Assembly (NCBI GenBank): GCA_963843375.1 | Contig: CAWJKT010000006.1 | Span: 256,001 to 320,000, forward strand | Length of the DNA: 64,000 nt | Source of the DNA: an uncultured Pseudomonadota bacterium | GTDB taxonomy: Bacteria > Oederibacteriota > Muellerivitia > Muellerivitales > Muellerivitaceae | Direction of reading: 5' to 3' | Shown here: piece by piece, positions 60,922 through 64,000 of the stretch | Position numbering within the stretch: position 1 is the first letter of the stretch | Layout: the number at the start of each line of letters is the position of its first letter | The notes under the pieces: generated by a model | What the model saw: the letters and a program-made list of their open reading frames with translations, nothing else | The model's database searches: none | What the model was told of the DNA's origin: nothing | Made by a program: the position numbers and the translations under genes

Positions 60922-63024
60922 TTATTTATAAAGTTCAATATAAAACGCCCCAGGAACCCAAGAAATAAGCATGTTGTTTTTTGCCCATTTGACTGGAACC
61001 TTACCTTTAAGAATCTCTCCTTGGGCGTCCAAGGCCCGCGCTTTTACTTTGGCGTCCTTTTGAAAACGGAAAATGGTGATTTTAGCCTGTAGCGGTTCCA
61101 CTAAAACGGGACCCGTCCCGGTTGAAATGAGTTTCGTCTTTGCCGCGTTATAAACCTGGCCTGTGTTTTCCATCCGGGTCACCCCCGTGAGAAGCATATG
61201 ATCCGATGCCCAAAGATTGGTCTTGGTTAATGAAATGAGGGAAAGAGATTCAAATAAATTGGGCGATTCCACCTGCCATACGGGACTCGCGATTTTCCGG
61301 TGTCCCACAAAACCGATGACGGCTTGGAATCGTGGACTGGAAACCTGAATCACCCCGACATTTCCCTGCCAATGAATTTGTTCGGTATCGGAAATGATGG
61401 ATTGGGTCTTATTAACCACCTTAGCCTTCAAGAGACCCGTGGGATCGGTTTTAAATTTCCCCCCATCGGGTTCAGTCCCTGAGCGATGAGCCAGAGAGGT
61501 TAAAAGGTTTCCATCGTTTTTAAGGACAAAAAACCTTCCTTCTTTCAAATCGCCCCGCAAAAAAGCAAGAGCCGCTATAGGCCATTGGGCTGATAATACG
61601 GGCTTATTATTCATTTCATCGCCAAGTGTAATGGCATTTTCATCATAGGATCCTGAAAGGGACATTCCCAGGGAAGCCTGCCAACCCTGGAAACCGGCAT
61701 AAGCGGACATTAACAGAGGGACCTCCCCTAGATATTCATTCGGCCATCCAGCAGTCCACTGAACTTCATACCCGGTTCCAAAGGTTCTAGAGGAAATCAA
61801 TTGAGCTGGCAGACTTTTTTCCGGCGCCATCACCATGGGATTATCGTTGAAAGTGACTGGTTGTTCGCCGGCGGATGAAACCGAGTCCCAACTAACACTG
61901 GCGGATTTTAAGTTTATGGACGATAGAACCGCCGGATCATTTAAAAGGGCATCAGGCAAGACTTGTTTGTCCTGGCCCAGGATATGTGTATAAATGCCTT
62001 TGGTTTTAAATTGGTTTATCAGGCTTTGAAGGCGATCGACCATGTCTAAAACCGACTTGTCCGGAAGATTCACCGAAACCTCGTTACACCCATAGCGGGC
62101 GAATTGACTGGCAAGTTGGGAAAATTGTCCATCGCTGAAGGTCCACCAGTCGCCCCCAAGACGGCTTCCCCAAAATCGGGCCGATGTCCCATCGTCAAAA
62201 ACAAGAGTTTGACCTTCGCTTTTCAAGTTGCCGTGTTTTCCCGCCGGGCCATCCAATAGAAAGCTCATATCCACGGCTGTTCCTGCTGAGGAGCCAGTTA
62301 AGAGCCCGGCAGAAATCCAACCAGTCGTATCGGTAACAAAGGTTTTCTCCGGTTTGGGTGAAATTGTAGAAACCGGGAGTTCGGTGTCGGAAGCTGTGAT
62401 GGCGAAAAGAATGGGAACCGGCATTTTGTTTTGAGATTTGAAAAGGATCGTTTGGATTGGAACATCAGGCCGGGGGTTCTTCCAGGGAAAAAGAGAAAGA
62501 CCCATGTCGGCATTTTTATACTTGTGCCACCAAGCTAAAAAACTAGCTGAAGTATCGTCCGCTCCGGAGAAATTGGCCAATTCAACCCCGACATGCAATG
62601 GAACGACGGTCACTTGCCCGTCATCATAAATCACATCATATTCAGCTACGGTAATATTGGAGGCCGTTCCGCCCCAACGGCAGGAGTGAAGGAAATAAAG
62701 CGTGTCCACCTTGAGATGTCCAACGGGCAGGGCTACCGCCTCAGGAAATGTGGGCTTTCGCCTTCCCTTTAGGACGATAAATGAATTCCCCTGATTTTGC
62801 GTCCAATCCAATAGTTGGAAAGGAATCCCGCGAAAAGTCTGCGGACCCTGGGGAATATTAGCAAACCCTTCTTTTTCTTTTAGGTCATCGCTCCCTGGAA
62901 CCGTTCCATCAAAAGATTGCGAAGGCCCCATGTTGGCCGCTTTTGAAAGATCAATAAAAATGGGCGCGGCCCAGGATGTCCCGTAAGTTAGAAGAACCAG
63001 GCAAAAAAACAGCGTTCGCTGCAT
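60922..63024 (-). CDS. Secreted carbohydrate-related protein (beta-sandwich domain plus shortened glycoside-hydrolase-like region)
   Basis: Signal peptide; 'FRGIPF', 'LYFLH', 'WKNPRPD..I..I'; 'SFLLDGPAGKHG...ARFWG'; 'LLTGVTRMEN...PVLVEP'. Confidence 0.55.
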   Translation of the reverse strand: MQRTLFFCLVLLTYGTSWAAPIFIDLSKAANMGPSQSFDGTVPGSDDLKEKEGFANIPQGPQTFRGIPFQLLDWTQNQGNSFIVLKGRRKPTFPEAVALPVGHLKVDTLYFLHSCRWGGTASNITVAEYDVIYDDGQVTVVPLHVGVELANFSGADDTSASFLAWWHKYKNADMGLSLFPWKNPRPDVPIQTILFKSQNKMPVPILFAITASDTELPVSTISPKPEKTFVTDTTGWISAGLLTGSSAGTAVDMSFLLDGPAGKHGNLKSEGQTLVFDDGTSARFWGSRLGGDWWTFSDGQFSQLASQFARYGCNEVSVNLPDKSVLDMVDRLQSLINQFKTKGIYTHILGQDKQVLPDALLNDPAVLSSINLKSASVSWDSVSSAGEQPVTFNDNPMVMAPEKSLPAQLISSRTFGTGYEVQWTAGWPNEYLGEVPLLMSAYAGFQGWQASLGMSLSGSYDENAITLGDEMNNKPVLSAQWPIAALAFLRGDLKEGRFFVLKNDGNLLTSLAHRSGTEPDGGKFKTDPTGLLKAKVVNKTQSIISDTEQIHWQGNVGVIQVSSPRFQAVIGFVGHRKIASPVWQVESPNLFESLSLISLTKTNLWASDHMLLTGVTRMENTGQVYNAAKTKLISTGTGPVLVEPLQAKITIFRFQKDAKVKARALDAQGEILKGKVPVKWAKNNMLISWVPGAFYIELYK

Positions 63025-63031
63025 GGCGGCG

Positions 63032-63760
63032 TTACTGCTTCTTATAACGATAATACTTGGTAATTATGGCGTCGGCTTCCTCGGGCTTGTCCACCACGTG
63101 AAACAAGTCAAGGTCGCCCTTGTCGATATAACTGCGGTTGCCCAGAATCGTGTTCTTGATCCATTCGACCCCGCCTTTCCAGAATTCCCTGTTCATGAGA
63201 ATGATGGGAATGGGATCGATTTTTTTCGTCTGGACGAGGGTCAAGACCTCGAAAAACTCGTCCATGGTGCCGAAACCACCCGGCATCACGATGACCGCCG
63301 AGGTATAGCGCAGGAACATAACCTTACGGATAAAAAAATAATGGAAGTTCACCGGCAGGTTAATGTAGGGATTGGGTTTTTGTTCAAAAGGAAGTTCGAT
63401 ATTACAGCCCACCGAACGACCACCCGCCTCGTGGGCGCCCAGGTTTGCCCCTTCCATTACGCCCGGTCCCCCTCCCGTAATGATAGAGAATCCCTTCTTC
63501 GACAGGCGGTAAGCAATCTTTCGAGCCAACTGATAATCCGCGGCGTTCTGGAGAGTTCGGGCCGAACCGAAAATCGTGACTGCGGGCCGAATATTCCGAA
63601 GTGCCTCGAAACCTTCGACGAACTCGGACATGATACGAAACATCCGCCAGGTGTCTTGTTCCTTGAAATCATTGGCAATAAACGGATTTCCCGAGGCTCC
63701 GTTTTTAGGCCGAGCGATGGAGCGTTTTTCGACTAATTTTTTGGGTTTTTTGGCAGGCAT
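63032..63760 (-). CDS. LOG family (TIGR00730) nucleotide phosphoribohydrolase
   Basis: 'IFGSAR', 'TGGGPGVME', 'PGGFGTMDEFFE'. Confidence 0.92.
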   Translation of the reverse strand: MPAKKPKKLVEKRSIARPKNGASGNPFIANDFKEQDTWRMFRIMSEFVEGFEALRNIRPAVTIFGSARTLQNAADYQLARKIAYRLSKKGFSIITGGGPGVMEGANLGAHEAGGRSVGCNIELPFEQKPNPYINLPVNFHYFFIRKVMFLRYTSAVIVMPGGFGTMDEFFEVLTLVQTKKIDPIPIILMNREFWKGGVEWIKNTILGNRSYIDKGDLDLFHVVDKPEEADAIITKYYRYKKQ

Positions 63761-63778
63761 GGTTCCTCTTTCAAAAGA

Positions 63779-64000
63779 TCAGGCAATAACAGATTCCTGT
63801 TTATCTTCAAAAGCGTCTTTGATCCTTTTGGCATGATCCGTGATCAAAGGCGGCAGTTGCCGGACATTAAAATATTTTATCTCGCTGGTTTCCTCGCTCG
63901 GCGTCAACGATCCTCCCGTGACCCGGCAAAGAAATGAAACCCGAACCGTATGCCATTCCGGCCCCTGCGCAATATGGAGCGAACCCTCCTTATCGGAATA
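63779..64000 (-). CDS. NUDIX hydrolase C-terminal part (partial)
   Basis: Manual translation '..HTVRVSFLCRVTGGSLTPSEETSEIKYF...LPPL..DH..RI.DA*'. Confidence 0.65.
   Translation of the reverse strand, partial: YSDKEGSLHIAQGPEWHTVRVSFLCRVTGGSLTPSEETSEIKYFNVRQLPPLITDHAKRIKDAFEDKQESVIA

Overview
Bacterial chromosomal window with two parts. (1) Positions 1-~15,000 are an accessory region abutting the 3' end of tRNA-Thr(CGT) (15397-15472, minus strand). Every gene in it is on the minus strand. Functionally unrelated 1-4-gene modules are separated by eight same-orientation copies of a 26-bp 12-2-12 palindrome (consensus GTCCACGACGGG-TC-CCCGTCGTGGAC), and several copies look like hybrids of two different half-sites. 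The modules are: Thr/Pro-rich lipoprotein; SBBP beta-propeller protein + DUF1801; DHFR-like; CMD-like; Rieske/cytochrome b/cytochrome bd-like-heme c operon; nucleotidyltransferase pair; GH43-malectin; DUF202. A short peptide resembling a decayed tyrosine-recombinase C-terminus overlaps the tRNA-proximal site. This resembles an integron-like gene-cassette array using a non-attC site and is the main candidate for an undescribed system. (2) Positions ~15,500-64,000 are mostly housekeeping: ruvA/ruvC/yebC, GH9, tyrS, PBP1A, ddpX, ppdK, glyQS, cold-shock protein, Rrf2-sufBCDSU-sufT with an IscR-like operator, gluconokinase, recO, yajQ, rodZ, lolA, ftsK, GH2 beta-glucuronidase, gatCAB, pcrA, PilZ, LOG, NUDIX. 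Several essential genes carry single-base frameshifts that are most likely long-read indel errors. All calls are by eye from motifs; no searches were run.
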